From positions 930,001 through 994,000 of the forward strand of contig JBHGNT010000013.1 of assembly GCA_043228905.1 (NCBI GenBank): a stretch of 64,000 nt of DNA. Reading direction: 5' to 3'. Below are positions 1-12,070 of the stretch, piece after piece. Under the pieces are notes generated by a model. That model saw nothing but the letters and a program-made list of their open reading frames with translations, was not told the origin of the DNA and made no database searches. The translations under genes were made by a program, and so were the position numbers. The DNA comes from Azolla caroliniana. Taxonomy: Eukaryota; Plantae; Polypodiophyta. The number at the start of each line of letters is the position of its first letter. Positions within the stretch are counted from its first letter, which is position 1.

Positions 1-1
1 G

Positions 2-2489
2 GTGGCAGAAAGGTATAATAGGACCTTGTGTGAGCGAGTACGATGCATGCTGTCCACAGCTAATCTCCCTCATGAATTTTGGGGAGAAGCATTAAAAACC
101 GCGGTTCATATATGTAATCGTTCTCCCAACAAGTCCTTAAATGGAATCCCTGAGGAGGTTTGGTCTGGCAAACCAGCTTCATATGACCATTTACGAATTT
201 TCGGTTGTGATGCGTTTGTACACATTAGAAGTGAGCTGAGAAATAAGCTCGATGCTAAGTCCACCATGGGCATTTTTATGGGCTATGGTGATGAAGGTGA
301 AATGGGCTATAGGATTTGGTTACCTCAGTCCAGAAAAATTGTACGCAGCCGGGATGTTGTTTTTAATGAAGAAAAATTGCTGAAAAATGCTTGTTCCTCT
401 GTTGGGAACTCTAAGAGCGTTACATTTCAGCAATTACAGCCATCCACAAAATCTGAAAATAAACCTCATGATGCTATACCAAAGGTTGAATATGATGGTC
501 AACCGGTTATCTTTGAGCCAGAAGAAGTTGGACAGCAAAGAGATGCTCATGAAGATATTGGTCAACGAGATGAAGGTACTGAAGAACAAAATATAAATGT
601 CGAACAACATGCTGGACATGGTTCGCAACAGCCAGAAAGTGCTGAAAATGATTTTCCTCCAGATTTAGAACCAATCCCAAAAAATACTGATCATTGGGTA
701 CGTAGGTCTAATCGTTCAAGGAGGCAGGTATATAGATATGACCCCTCTTTGCATTATGTCATGCTGTCAGATGAGGGTGAACCTCTTACTTATAAGGAGG
801 CAATGTCATGTGAACTTAGTAGTAAGTGGGAGCTTGCAATGCAAGAAGAAATAAAATCTTTATATGCAAATGATACATGGGATCTTGTGTCCTTACCTCA
901 AGGAAGGAAAGCTCTTCCAAATAAGTGGGTTTATAAGGTAAAGGAAATTGAAGGGAAACCAAAATACAAGGCAAGATTAGTTGCCAAGGGTTATGCACAG
1001 AAGGAAGGTATTGACTTCCAAGAGGTCTTCTCTCCTGTTGTGAAGATGACCACACTTCATGTGCTATTTGCTCTCACTGCAATGCTTAATTTGGAGTTGT
1101 ACCAAATGGATGTAAAGACCGCTTTTTTGCATGAAGAGATTAGTTGCCAAGGGTTATGCACAGAAGGAAGGTATTGACTTCCAAGAGGTCTTCTCTCCTG
1201 TTGTGAAGATGACCACACTTCGTGTGCTATTTGCTCTCACTGCAATGCTTAATTTGGAGTTGTACCAAATGGATGTAAAGACCGCTTTTTTGCATGGTGA
1301 TATTGATGAAGATATCTACATGAAACAACCTGAGGGTTTTGTAGTCTCTAACAAGGAGCATTTGGTATGCAAACTAAAACGTAGCTTGTATGGCCTAAAA
1401 CAAGCACCACGACAGTGGTATAAGAAGTTTGATACTTTTATGCTTTCTCAAGGCTTTGATCGTAGCTATGCAGATCATTGTTTATACACGAAAAAGGATA
1501 TCGATGACAATCCTATCATACTTGTTCTATATGTGGATGATATGTTGCTAGCTGGGAAAAGAAAGACTAGTCTTGATGCTCTAAAAGATCAACTGAAATT
1601 GGTCTTCTCTATGAAAGATTTGGGAAATGCAGAGCATATTTTGGGCATGAGAATCAATAGAAACAGAAAAGACAAATTGTTGTTTTTGTCACAAGAAAAG
1701 TACATTGAAAAAGTGCTTAACAGATTTAATATGGCAGAAGCAAAGTCTCTTGGAGTTCCTTTGCCATCATATCTTAAACTCAGCAAGGCTGATTGTCCAA
1801 AGGATGAGATGGAAATCAATGCTATGAAGGGAATTCCTTATGCATCAGCATGTGGTTCTCTAATGTATGCTATGGTAGCTACTCGTCCAGATATTGCTTA
1901 TGCAGTGGGAGTTGTTAGTCGCTATATGTCTAATCCCGGGAAAGCACATTGGGAGGCTGTCAAGTGTGTTTTCAGGTATCTTAAAGGTACACAGAGAAAA
2001 TGTTTATGCTATGGGAAGGGTGCATTAAATTTGCAGGGATATTGTGATGCAGACATGGCAGGTGACTTGGATACACGTAAGTCTACTAGCGGGTATATAT
2101 TTACAGTTGCTGGTGGAGCAGTGTCTTGCTGCTCCAAATTGCAAAAGATTGTAGCACTGAGTACTACTGAAGCTGAATATATTTCAGCTACAGAAGCTTC
2201 AAAGGAAGCTATATGGCTCAGCAGACTTGGTGAAGATCTTGGCATGTCTGTTAGTACTCCTGTGTTAGGATGTGATAGCCAGAGTGCTGTGTATCTGGCT
2301 AAGAATGCCATGTTTCATTCGCGCACCAAACACATTGATGTGCGACATCACTTTATCAGACAAGTTTTGGAGGATGGTCTAGTCACATTGACCAAGATCA
2401 AAACACAGGATAATCCTGCAGATATTCTCACTAAAAGTCTTGGCAAAGCTCAACATGAGCATTGCATACAGTTAGTGGGAGTTACTTGA
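2..2489 (+). pseudogene. copia pol (INT-RT-RNase H) frameshifted by a tandem duplication with a 163-nt offset
   Basis: 974-1133 is repeated at 1137-1296, splitting pol into two overlapping ORFs. Confidence 0.9.
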
Positions 2490-2519
2490 ATGTTCACATC
2501 AGACCTTTAAGTGGGAGGT

Positions 2520-2802
2520 TGTTAGGTGTAAAGGCCCGTAGTTCACAAATTAGGTAATTATTCGTATATGTGAACACATTGTTCACTTGGACAGGACACC
2601 TTTTATAATGTGAACACACCACTTTCTATGTAAGGTTAACTAATATAATAACCTTCTTTTTTCTTGTGTACCAATCAAGACGGTTGGGTACACCAAAGAT
2701 CTGTGTGTCTCTACTCTCATCTCTACTACAGTCCTGTTTGCTGAACGTCATCTCTCAATAGCTGATCCGTCAAACATCCCTCTAAATAGGCAGTTTACTA
2801 CA
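2520..2802 (+). repeat. 3' LTR of copia element (right end approximate)
   Basis: TG start right after the PPT, TATA-like TAATATATAA at ~2641, candidate ...TTACTACA end at 2802. Confidence 0.6.
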
Positions 2803-3290
2803 AACTTGTATTATGATTAGGCACTGGAAATAGAGATCCGTGGTTCCCACCAGAATTCTATACCGGTGAATACATGATTACTGACAGGTGTGATGGAGGC
2901 ACAGCAATATTGTACATTGGTGCTGGGATCAGAGACAGTCAAGTCATTGTACTGTGCTGGGCAAAATTCCCATCAAGCTGAACGCAAAGCAATACCAAGA
3001 CACACTTAGGTTCTGGTGATTTAAATAGATATGCCCACCCACAGGGAGCCATCAATTGAGAATTGTTGAGCATAACTCCACCCTGATTCTGGAAACAGAG
3101 AGACTCGAAACCCATAGGCAGTTTCGGCTTGAAATTGTTGACTTCAGAAAAGCACTCCACTCAAGACCATCTTCCAGGTGACAGCCATCCTAAAATGACT
3201 TAGTTGTATAGACTTTCACATTCTGTATATCCTATCAGATATATCATACCACTTCATAGATCCAAATTAATTTTAATTTCAGACAGTTTT

Positions 3291-3602
3291 AGTCCTTGGA
3301 GCTTCTTTGAGTATGTTTCATACACATGCACTTGTCCCTTCTGGATCTCAATGACTTTTAATAAAGACATGTTGCGTCAATACTAACAGTCCTTGGAGCT
3401 TCTTTGTGCATCTTTCATGCACACCACTAATGCACCTGTCCCTTCTGGATCTCATGCCTTTTAATAAAGACATGTTCCCTTAGTGCTAACAGTCCTTGGA
3501 GCTTCTTTGCATATCCTTCATGCACGCCACTCATGCATATGTCCTATTTTGCCCCTTTGGATCTCATGACTCCTCATAAAGACATGTTCTCTCGGTACTA
3601 AC
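3291..3602. repeat. Three diverged ~100-bp tandem repeats in MRE11 intron
   Basis: Units begin AGTCCTTGGAGCTTCTTTG at ~3291, ~3388 and 3491, and end ...TAAAGACATGTT...CTAAC. Confidence 0.85.
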
Positions 3603-3822
3603 AATTGTCGATATGATTCTCAATCTATATGAGAAACACACATGTAATGAATGTTTCTATTATTTAAATCTAGCTATATGTACCACACTCATTATAATAT
3701 AATGAAACTGAAACTGGTCAATATAATCTACTAATCTATATGTCAAACACAAATACGGCCTTTCTCAGACATATGCAAATAACAGTTTTTTTTTAAACAA
3801 AATCCTTAGCAAAAAACCTTAC

Positions 3823-3942
3823 TTTCTGGATCAAAATGGGATGCAGCGTGATTTGCCCTACACCTGAGCCACCTAGGATCATCTTTCCAAAGTAATTGAC
3901 AAGGTTACAAGCAGATAGAATATCAATGGCAGAAAGATTGTC
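3823..3942 (-). CDS. MRE11: MRE11 coding exon 4
   Basis: [40 protein letters not shown], then GTAAG donor. Confidence 0.95.
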
Positions 3943-6264
3943 CTGCAGAGGTATTATGCAAGCTTAAGTCAGTTAGGAATTCAACCAACTCTCAGCTGGG
4001 TTAAACAAAATCCCCACATACGAATAGTCCCCCACCCTACCACTCCTGCGGGATCATCATGATTTCCATGTATTGTGAATACAGGTAGCCCCACATTAAA
4101 GTGGGGATCTTCATAGTTTACATGACCAAACCTGTTGAGAAGTTGAGATGGGCCTTAATAATTTTTTATCATAAGTTCATACAAACTATTTTCGCTTCTG
4201 GAGATTTTACCTACCTGTTAGGGAAGTTGATTGTTTGGTCACTCACAACTTGGAACTGCACAGGCCGATCATTGAGACAATATCGGCGTAAAATTTCCAG
4301 TGCTCGAACCAATGTTGCACGTGAGGGTTTGTTTTCGTGAAAAAGATCTCCACCTAGCAATAAAAAATCTACCTGCTCTTCAAAGGAAGATATAAATCCA
4401 ATTAAATACTGATTCTAGAACAAGATTTAGTATATCTACTGTAAACAAGAAATGGGATGGGAATGGAGCCAAGAAAAGAAGAAAGAAAGACATATTAACG
4501 TCTTTTAAGAGGCCAAAATGGCCTATAAAACCAAACTAGAGATTACATCATAAGTCAGCATAGCTGGTCCCCAGTGACAATGAGTATAGAAACTTCAGTC
4601 TGGAATTTTTATGTTGAACACCCAAAATTGATGTGTGTTCTGAGCTTGTATGTTTCTCACATCACCGAGAACAGGGCTTATATTAACTGTACATAAAGTT
4701 CGTCAAAATCACCATGTCACCTAATTATGAGCAAATTGGCTGGCATAATAGCTCCACTTATTAGAAAAGACCTGCTCTAGAGGCCAAATTTGATCAATAT
4801 GATAAAACTGCTATATCCACTATTGATTACATTCCAAATTGGTGAACAAATGATACAAAAAAAACTAACAGAGCTGGTCAACCAAAACTGTCTTAAAACA
4901 TGAATGCCCATCATTAAATTCATCATGGGGAAACTTGGGATAAGTCATTTGAGTTTGAAGATTTTTTTGATGATTGTTACATCTCTTCAATAAATTGCCC
5001 ATTTTCTTTGACGTCTCACTTCTTTGATTTTGTTTAATCCTTCTTCCTAATGCTTAGTTGTGTCAAAGTGAAATCCATCCATGATCTAAACCAATGTGGC
5101 CTTCAAACGGTTTCGAAAATGGTCAATCTGTAAAATAACACAATTGGCAGATGATGAAGGGCAGCTTGAAGGAGTCACCAGTAACACATAAGGGGTAAAA
5201 AAAACTATGCATCAAATTGTGTTGAAATACCAAGGGATACTGAAAAAGAAAGACCACGAACCTCACCATTGAGGCCAGAGTAGCATTTGAGACCCTAACC
5301 TATGACAATTGTAACGACGTGGTATTTAGTTCATACCAAAAAAAGCTTGATGACTTTATTACAAACTAAAACTAAAATGCAATCAACTACCCTCGCAAAA
5401 AAACAGGAGTACGGATGAATCCTTTCCTCTTTTCAGGTAGTTTTAACCATGTTTGAAAGTTACAAGATTAAATGTATCAAAGGTAAAAAGTTTCAAGTAA
5501 TATAGACTCCATAAATTGAGTTTTACCAAGGATGCAAGTCCATACTACCAGCTCTTCTTTACTCCACTACAGACAAATAGAATTACATGCAAGCTGAAAT
5601 GGCTGGTCGTATAATTGGGTCATCAATCAATGGGCTATTTCCATGAAAGAAGAAATGATTCATCAGAAAAAACACTGGACTACTTTAATCCACGGTAAAA
5701 TGTCTGCCATTAGTGTGACTATTGCACTAAGCAGCGCCATTGTAAATCATGCTTTTAAAACTGATTGATAATGGAAAGGCTACCATCCTGCAGAGCTGGC
5801 ATGAAGTTTCCATCTATCCTTTTAAGGCATTAGCATGGTAAATCCTTTTTTTCGCATTAGACAACTTTCGTGCATATCCATTCAATTGAGGAAGGCTTTT
5901 TTTTTATTATTATCTGTAAAGATATGCAGAGTGATAGGACGATACTTTTCTCGTCTCAGTACGTATGCGGGGTGAGCATTAGACGGTGAAATTAGGGTTC
6001 TAGGTTGTGCGGACGAGCGTGAGTGTAAAACGAAAGACAAAAGAAGCAACAAAAAAGGAAGAAAAATTAAACAGGCAAAGAGATAATGAGCCAGAGAGAG
6101 AGAGAGAGAGAGAGAGGAACCTGGCGTTGTTCGGCAATGGAGCAGATTTCATCGAAAGCATTGAAAGAATCGTGGCGTCTGATCTCGTCCTTCTCCATGT
6201 AGCCGAGGTGGCAGTCAGTGGCCACGAGGATGCGGAGAGTGCTGTCGAGGCCGTCTTTCTCCAT
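3823..6264 (-). CDS. MRE11: MRE11 double-strand-break repair nuclease, first four coding exons (6264-6121, 4372-4215, 4131-4041, 3942-3823); rest of gene presumably left of window
   Basis: Spliced translation [48 protein letters not shown]|[21 protein letters not shown]...FPNR|[30 protein letters not shown]|[21 protein letters not shown]...LIQK; phosphoesterase motifs DxH, GDLFH, GNHD; all introns GT-AG and in phase. Confidence 0.96.
4041..4131 (-). CDS. MRE11: MRE11 coding exon 3
   Basis: [30 protein letters not shown]. Confidence 0.95.
4215..4372 (-). CDS. MRE11: MRE11 coding exon 2
   Basis: [18 protein letters not shown]; AG acceptor and GT donor. Confidence 0.95.
4470..4535 (-). mobile_element. 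Short LINE/SINE 3'-terminal fragment in MRE11 intron 1
   Basis: Matches the 3' terminus of the LINE at ~16470-16535: (GAAA)n-GA(C/T)ATATTAACGTCTT...GGCCAAAAT(T)GGCC. Confidence 0.6.
6121..6264 (-). CDS. MRE11: MRE11 coding exon 1
   Basis: ATG at 6264, [13 protein letters not shown] motif, GT donor at 6120. Confidence 0.95.
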
Positions 6265-7519
6265 AGCCTGAAGCAGAAGCAGAAGAAGCAGAAGCAGCTT
6301 CTCTCTGTCTTTGTCTCTTGTCTCTCTCTGCAGACGGGGGAGAAGGAGGAGGAGGCGCCGGAGCCTTGAGTCGGGTTGGGTCCGGTTCGGTTCGGTTCGG
6401 TTCAAGTTCGGCTCGGTTCGGTTCCGGTCTTGTCATTGCTTATTTATAAAATTATATGAATATGTATATGACTTGACTACCATGGTCTCTTCTTCAGTTG
6501 TGTATGGACTCGCCGCCTTTTATACTCTAATGTTCTCTTGATGGTGTGGTTCCGAGTTTGTGGGATGTCTGCCTTTTTATTGTGTCATATGCTCGATCAG
6601 TAGTATGTATGTATGTATGTAGTTGGATTAACCCCACTCATATCAAACACGAAGTGACCACCTATCGATGGCAGCAATCAAAACCTAGAAAAGGACGGAA
6701 TGCTTTGTAATATATGTGTGGCGTAGACTCCATTAATAAAGGTCATTTGGTGGGATTGATGTGGATGTTAAAGGTGGTTGGATTTTGCTGAAGCTACATG
6801 ATTGTTCAAGAGTTTTCTACTTAAATATGTTGCAATATTCATTGCAAATAGTGGACTGTTTTGTATATTGACTTCTTTAATACCAATGGAGGATATTTTT
6901 TTGGGAAAAAGAAAACCTAGAAAATGCAAGGAGGTGCTTGCTCTACACGATTTGTTACCATACATACATATATTTGTATTTGTCTGCAGGCCCCACAACA
7001 TGTATGCATTGTTTTTGTTTTGTTTTTTTTCTAGTAATGAAGGGGTAAATAAAACACAATAGAATAGTGATATGTGTGTTGCGCTTCCATTGCCAAAAAT
7101 CATAAACAAAGTATTCGAAAGAGGATGATCACACGACAGTTTGCTAACAGACAATTTTATTATTAAACCCACAATCGACCGTATCGTGCATGCCACGATC
7201 ACATCACATAAGCCCAAACATCGGGGCAAGAAAACCACTGGAGTTGCTTCTTCTATTTTTTTTTGTCTTCGGAAGAAGACCTAGGTCACAGGTCATGCAA
7301 AGCCGAGCTTGGAAGATACGTCGAGCAAAAAGCCGAAGCTAGAAAAAAGCCGTTGGTAAAATAGCCAAGCCAGGGAAGGGTTGCGGGATGTGAGTGGGTG
7401 GTCCAGATCCAGGGTTGGGGGCAGGGCGATCATAGCAGGCTCGGCTCAGGGGTGTGAGATCCCCGGCTTGGATTAGGGGCGGGACAAAGTGATTGTCCGA
7501 TCCAGGAGGCCATATTGAG

Positions 7520-7522
<3 letters not shown>

Positions 7523-7569
<47 letters not shown>

Positions 7570-7656
7570 TTTGTGTGTGTGTGTGTGAGAGAGAGAGAGT
7601 GTGTGTGTGTGTGAGTGAGAGAGAGAGTGTGTGTGTGTGTGTGTGTGAGAGAGAGT

Positions 7657-7700
<44 letters not shown>

Positions 7701-7727
7701 GGGGGGGGGCTCTGCTATGTATAAAAA
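7523..7727 (+). promoter_or_regulatory. Compound (GA)n/(GT)n microsatellite, poly-G run and TATA box (TATAAAAA at 7720) upstream of SMT2
   Basis: Direct reading; TATA ~290 bp upstream of the ATG. Confidence 0.6.
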
Positions 7728-7938
7728 GACTCTGTTTCTCTCTTCTCACCTTTAGTTTTAATGGGCCTATCTGTTTTTGGGTGAATTGCCAATCTCTGTC
7801 TGAAATACCTAAAATCAACAACGGAAAAGAAGACCAAAAGCCAAAAGCCAGCAGCTGATCTGATCATCATCTGTGCGTCCCTCTCTGTCTGTCTTCTTCA
7901 CAGGTAAGACTAAGCCTCTTCTCTTCTCCACAGGAAGG

Positions 7939-7975
<37 letters not shown>

Positions 7976-8013
7976 CACAGGGGAGAGATATTCGGCTGTG
8001 GCTACAGACAGCT

Positions 8014-9126
8014 ATGGCTATGGCCATGGCTTTGCCTGCTTCCCTGGGAGCAGATCCTTTCACCTTTGCCTTGATCGCCATGTCCTTGGTTTTCGCGGTT
8101 GGTATCTACTATGTCGTCTTCATCCTCGGCCCCGCAGAAACCAAAGGCAAATCGGCCGTAGATATCGGGGGCGGATCTATCTCCCGGGAAGATGTATCGA
8201 ATAAATACAAGGCCTATGCCGATTTCTTCAAGAAGCCCAAAGAGATCGAGAATGAGAAACAAGTGCCCAAGCTTGTCGACACTTTCTATAACCTCGTCAC
8301 CGACATCTACGAATGGGGGTGGGGACAAAGCTTCCATTTCTCTCCGGCTATACAAGGGAAATCTCACAAGGAGGAGACGAGAATTCACGAAGAGAGAGTG
8401 GCCGACATACTGGAAATCGGGCCCGGACACAAGGTTCTCGATGCAGGATGTGGTGTGGGTGGACCCATGCGCGCAATTGCGGCTCATTCTCGCGCCAATG
8501 TGGTGGGTATCACCATAAATGATTACCAAGTGGCTCGAGCCCGAAGCCACAATAAGAAAGCTAGATTAGATCACTTGTGTGAGGTAGTTTGTGGGAATTT
8601 CCTCAGCATGCCATTCGCTGACGATTCGTTTGATGCGGCCTACTCTATCGAAGCCACTTGCCATGCCCCTCAACTCCGCGATGTTTATGCCGAGATCTAC
8701 CGGGTCTTGAAGCCGGGTAAGCTTTACGTCACTTACGAATGGGTCACTACCCCGTTGTTTAACCCCGATAATGCCGAGCATGTGGAAATCATTCATGGGA
8801 TCGAGCATGGAGATGCGTTGCCAGGCCTCCGAACTTATAAGGAGGTTGTGGATATTGCTAAAGAAGTGGGTTTCGAAGTGTTGGAAGAGCGGGATTTGGC
8901 TTTGCCTCCGGCTTTGCCTTGGTGGAAAAGGTTGAAGATGGGTAGGATTGCTTATTACCGCAATCATTTAGTCATTGCATTGCTTGCTTTCCTTGGTATT
9001 GCTCCGCAAGGTGTCGTGGATGTGCATGAGATGCTGTTCAAAACAGCCGCTTTCCTCTCAAGAGGCGGCGACACTGGTATCTTCACACCTATGCATTTGG
9101 TAGTGTGCCGCAAACCGGAGCAATAA
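8014..9126 (+). CDS. SMT2: 24-methylenesterol C-methyltransferase (sterol C24-methyltransferase 2), intronless, ~370 aa
   Basis: N-terminal hydrophobic anchor; FYNLVTDIYEWGWGQSFHF; SAM motif VLDAGCGVGGP; YSIEATCHAP; C-terminal GIFTPMH; first in-frame ATG at 8014 (upstream ORF extension is microsatellite). Confidence 0.96.
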   Translation: MAMAMALPASLGADPFTFALIAMSLVFAVGIYYVVFILGPAETKGKSAVDIGGGSISREDVSNKYKAYADFFKKPKEIENEKQVPKLVDTFYNLVTDIYEWGWGQSFHFSPAIQGKSHKEETRIHEERVADILEIGPGHKVLDAGCGVGGPMRAIAAHSRANVVGITINDYQVARARSHNKKARLDHLCEVVCGNFLSMPFADDSFDAAYSIEATCHAPQLRDVYAEIYRVLKPGKLYVTYEWVTTPLFNPDNAEHVEIIHGIEHGDALPGLRTYKEVVDIAKEVGFEVLEERDLALPPALPWWKRLKMGRIAYYRNHLVIALLAFLGIAPQGVVDVHEMLFKTAAFLSRGGDTGIFTPMHLVVCRKPEQ

Positions 9127-11784
9127 CCACATTATTGCTTTCAGCTCGCTTTCTTTCTCCTATGGCGTTACGAAGAGGTTAATCACTACCTCCCTAGTTT
9201 TTTCTTTTCTTTTTGAAGTGCCCATTTCCCTTTCGAAGTTTTTCATCATCAACTTGTTGTGTATTTGTTGTTATGGCTCTTTTATTACCGAGAGCTGCTT
9301 TTGCTTTTGACTATTTTATGTTGAGTTTAATTAAGAATGTTGGTTTCATATAGCGATTTCCATGGGATCGATCAAATTATTTTTTTGCAGTCATTGGATT
9401 GATTGATAAAACATTTATGTTGTGTCGTTTGCTGGCTGGATTAGTTGAGAGGTCCCACATCAATATGTGGAAAAGCATTCAGGCTTCGGATAAAGTATTA
9501 AACTTCGTTTTATATGTTCTCAATAAATGCGCATCACATTGTCTTGACTCTTGTTGTATATCAGTTTAATAGTTACTGTGATTTAATGCTTGCCTCGATT
9601 GATAATGTGTGTTTTAATCATAGTGTTGCTATTTGTTTGAGCTCCATTTTGGAACCACCTCATATGTACGTGAGCTTAGTACATATTTATGTAAAAATGA
9701 AGCCTAATTCAGTAATTGCATTGCCTCGTACCAATTTCTTCATCCTAAAGATGCTCTCATAGCTTCCTTTATGATGATATAATGTCTCGAGGAAGTAATC
9801 CATCTTGTTTGAATATGTTGTTTATGATAAGCCAAATTTACGGAAAGGCACTTCTATTGTGGCATATTGCACCAAGCATTCAAGAGGAAGCCACACTTGC
9901 TTGATCACATTCAAGAGGAAGATGGGACTCCATGAAGGCGAAAGATTGTCACCAAACTTTTTGAGACTTTTGTCGCATATTGATCACAACGTGCTTCCAC
10001 ATGATCTCAATAATTTAATGACGTTAAAAAGTAAACTTGTCTTCAATGTTATCATTCACAATAGTATAATGAGTATGTATGTAGGCCTTGGAAGACCCAT
10101 TAAATCTTGCTATCCTCTTTGAGTGTTCACCACGTTCAATTAGAAATTATTTGTTCCGAAGGATGTGCTAGTTAGTTTAAAGAGTATTTATCCTAAAAGT
10201 AAAGTTGTAACTTGTAATCTAGTTGTGGAATGTAAGTTGAACAGAAGAAAAATGTTTTCTTCATTGTGAAAGGGTTTATATGGTATTTATATGCTACATG
10301 GAAAAAAGAGAGGGTGTGCTTTACTCCCAAAATCAAATGTAGATATGTTCTTTTCATTAAACAAGCCATACATGATAAAAGGATTACAATGTATAGCAAA
10401 CCCTATTCAAAACTATGGCATATTGAATAAAAGAAGGATTAGTATGTATAACAAACCCTACCTAGAATTATGGCATGTTGATGAATATTATCTTCTATTA
10501 TCTCCAACACTTCTAGCTCATAAAAATCTATGGTTCTGTTCATTTTTGTTGTTCATTCTTTGACGAAACATATCGACATTAGCAAGGTGTTCCAAGTTAG
10601 CCTTGAAATTCTTGGAATAGGATTAAAGTAAATGAACGTTCCACAAGATTGAATATTTCTATGAGTTAGGCAATTGTTTTGGTACCAAATGTCTCCTTGC
10701 TCACTATTATTGAGTGCACTCACGAATTCTCATATTCACCATTTTACCATTAGATCACAAGAGTAGTCAATACTACATACAAGATAGTTTATCCAAATAA
10801 CAAACATCATATAATGATATGTTTGTTCTACCTTATCCCGATCATAAATAAACATCATAATTCACAATTTACTGACAAAGACATCACAACTCACAATTTA
10901 CTATGATGTCTATTGGAAGTGATTTTGACCTTGGCTCAACCCCGGCCTCAAGTTATTACAAAATGAGTATTCGAAACTTTATAACGTATAATTTTTGTTA
11001 ACACATGGGGGACCTTTAGAAGTTAATGTGTATCAACAAGCAAAAAAGTGGACAATGTTGGGACAACAAAAAGCCACCCTATCTATCCCCCCCATCAAAA
11101 GCTTGAGAATCCATTCATGTTCTTCATGAAGATTTGGTGGCCACTAAAGGTTCATCCCAAGTTGGGGAACAAATCAACTTTGAATTTTTTCTTTAACATT
11201 AATCGGTTCCTTCTCTCACTCTCCAAGTTTACCTACTATGGGTTTGAAATGTGGATATGGTCCTTTTGTAATGAAATTGTTAGTTACCCACACATGATAC
11301 AATAGCTATGATATGCAACAAATAAAGTGCCAAAGAGACACTTACATTATTCTCACAAATGATAGTGTCAAAAAGCCTACCATTATAACTACGACTATGA
11401 AATAATCCATTCATGTGTTTCCCAAAGGATTGGTTTCTTCTGCAAAGTCAATATTACTTCTCCTTGTTTACCTGCTTTGGTTTTGAATGGATATGGTCCC
11501 CTTGGAATGAAATTGTTAGTTACACACATGATGAATGGGGCTTTTGATCTAATACTATGATAAAACTAGCATAGTGTCACATAAACACCTACATCATTAC
11601 TACTAAGGTGTCTAAAAGTAGATGTCACTACAATGTCTAGTATGTCATAGATACAAATACTAGTGTCACAGAAACATCTTTGCATGGATTTCACTAAATG
11701 ACACTAATCCTCCATTCCATCATATGAACACAAATCATGACTCCCCATTGCATTTTGTAGTAATGTATTGTCCTAAAACAACTC

Positions 11785-12070
11785 ACTAATAGATGCGACC
11801 CCGAAATGGGGGAAAAGTATCAACCAATGAGATGGTGTGGGATAAGTTTCATAGTCAAGAGGGTAACAACCCAAATCACCAGCTAAGGCCATTTAGGCCG
11901 CCCAGTGGTAAAGGAGGTGAGACAGTGTGGGATAAGTTTCATAGTCAAGAGGGTAACAACCTAGATCACTAGCTAAGAACCTAGATCACTAGCTAAGGCC
12001 ATTTCGGCCGCTCAATGGTAAAGGAGGTGAGTGCAGAGACAAGCCAAGAGGTTTGCCTAGCCACCCTAGA
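11785..12070 (+). pseudogene. Degraded plastid 23S rRNA fragment (NUPT) with internal duplications
   Basis: GGGATAAGTTTCATAGTCAAGAGGGTAACAACCCAAATCACCAGCTAAGGCC...GGTAAAGGAGGT...GTGCAGAGACA.GCCAAGAGGTTTGCCTAG resembles recalled plastid 23S rRNA sequence. Confidence 0.8.

Larger units (their letters stand above)
1..2802 (+). mobile_element. Ty1/copia LTR retrotransposon, 3' part (integrase-RT-RNase H, PPT, 3' LTR); 5' part outside window; lies antisense in the intron downstream of MRE11 exon 4
   Basis: ORFs 2-1177 and 1131-2489 carry copia motifs (AERYNRTL, KARLVAKGY, QMDVKTAFL, SLYGLKQAPR, YVDDM, ADILTK) in INT-RT-RH order; purine tract AAGTGGGAGG at ~2509-2518 followed by TGTTAGG. Confidence 0.95.

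Noticed and set aside
2939-3160. Possible additional MRE11 exon
   Set aside because: No similarity to the expected exon-5 peptide
3291-3602. CRISPR-like repeat-spacer array
   Set aside because: Eukaryotic context; the 'spacers' are homologous to each other, so this is a tandem repeat
7873-8013. N-terminal extension of the SMT2 ORF and an apparent GTAAG...CAG intron at 7904-7933
   Set aside because: The extension is translated (GA)n UTR from a non-ATG start; the 30-nt 'intron' is too short for plant splicing
11100-11535. Diverged direct repeat segments at ~11108-11300 and ~11404-11533
   Set aside because: Old local duplication with no structural or coding hallmark
11785-12070. Functional rRNA gene
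   Set aside because: Only ~280 bp, mutated and internally duplicated
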